From Candidatus Limnocylindria bacterium (GTDB taxonomy: Bacteria > Chloroflexota > Limnocylindria > P2-11E): DNA of 64,000 bases. How positions within the stretch are numbered: position 1 is the first letter of the stretch; the number at the start of each line of letters is the position of its first letter. The stretch is taken from assembly GCA_041496945.1 (NCBI GenBank), contig JBGQFO010000002.1:25438-89437 (forward strand). Reading direction: 5' to 3'. The notes under the pieces were generated by a model, which searched no databases, had not been told where the DNA came from, and saw only the letters and a list, made by a program, of their open reading frames with translations. A program made the translations under genes and the position numbers. Shown here piece by piece: positions 63,881 through 64,000 of this stretch.

Positions 63881-64000
63881 ATGGCCACCGCCGAGCGCAC
63901 ATTCCCCGTGGCGAAGCCCGGATACACGGGCATCCTGGAGTGGATCGCCACCACGGATCACAAGAAGATCGGGATCCTGTACCTCGGGACGACGTTCCTG
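63881..64000 (+). CDS. ctaD: Cytochrome c oxidase subunit I, N-terminal fragment (continues beyond the window).
   Basis: GILEWIATTDHKKIGILYL is the conserved CoxI N-terminal signature. Confidence 0.75.
   Translation, partial: MATAERTFPVAKPGYTGILEWIATTDHKKIGILYLGTTFL

Overview
This is a 64 kb window with very high GC (about 70%), a bacterial chromosomal segment that is probably actinobacterial. The evidence for that is a UPF0182 protein closely resembling mycobacterial Rv3193c-type proteins, an MMPL transporter, CsoR, Pro/Thr-rich linkers, and pervasive 4-nt stop/start overlaps (ATGA, GTGA).

Contents, left to right:
(1) Two paralogous, very large Thr/Ser/Ala/Gly-rich secreted surface proteins (1..1289, partial at the window edge, and 1465..3960), each followed by a near-identical GC-rich hairpin.
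(2) Several secreted or membrane hypothetical proteins and an alpha/beta hydrolase (4038..8727).
(3) A ~26 kb cell-surface glycan locus (8748..~34200). It carries a Wzm ABC-2 permease, a PAP2 phosphatase, a Wzt ATPase with a C-terminal carbohydrate-binding domain, three SAM methyltransferases, four consecutive GT4 glycosyltransferases (one with two GT domains), a GT-C-like membrane protein, UPF0182, a DUF2029-like membrane protein, and a WbpB/WbpD/WbpE-like UDP-2,3-diacetamido-sugar pathway (oxidoreductase, acetyltransferase, aminotransferase) plus a second acetyltransferase, an epimerase and a second aminotransferase. A Phd/YefM-RelE/ParE toxin-antitoxin pair is inserted on the opposite strand between wzm-PAP2 and wzt. 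TspO and an RraB-like protein are translationally coupled inside the sugar operon. Several low-GC small ORFs are scattered through it.
(4) A GNAT acetyltransferase, a Dpm1-like GT2 (no canonical start codon) divergent from a GT4, a parvulin PPIase, mazG-rph-rdgB, a HIT protein, a MOSC protein, and the glutamate synthase large subunit gltB with an attenuator-like leader.
(5) A DMT transporter, two tandem lower-GC HNH endonuclease paralogs abutting the 3' end of tRNA-Pro(UGG), and an MMPL transporter.
(6) A conserved MoxR AAA+ / DUF58 / DUF4350 / DUF4129 / SpoIIM-like / RDD cluster of unknown function.
(7) A csoR-copA-YHS copper efflux operon with a candidate CsoR operator, a Vgb-like beta-propeller lipoprotein, a second DMT transporter, and the 5' end of cytochrome c oxidase subunit I.

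No CRISPR array, rRNA, transposase or integrase was seen.

Coordinates of small motifs were counted by hand from the printed sequence and may be off by 1-2 nt. CDS coordinates follow the supplied ORF track, with starts re-chosen where the sequence justified it.
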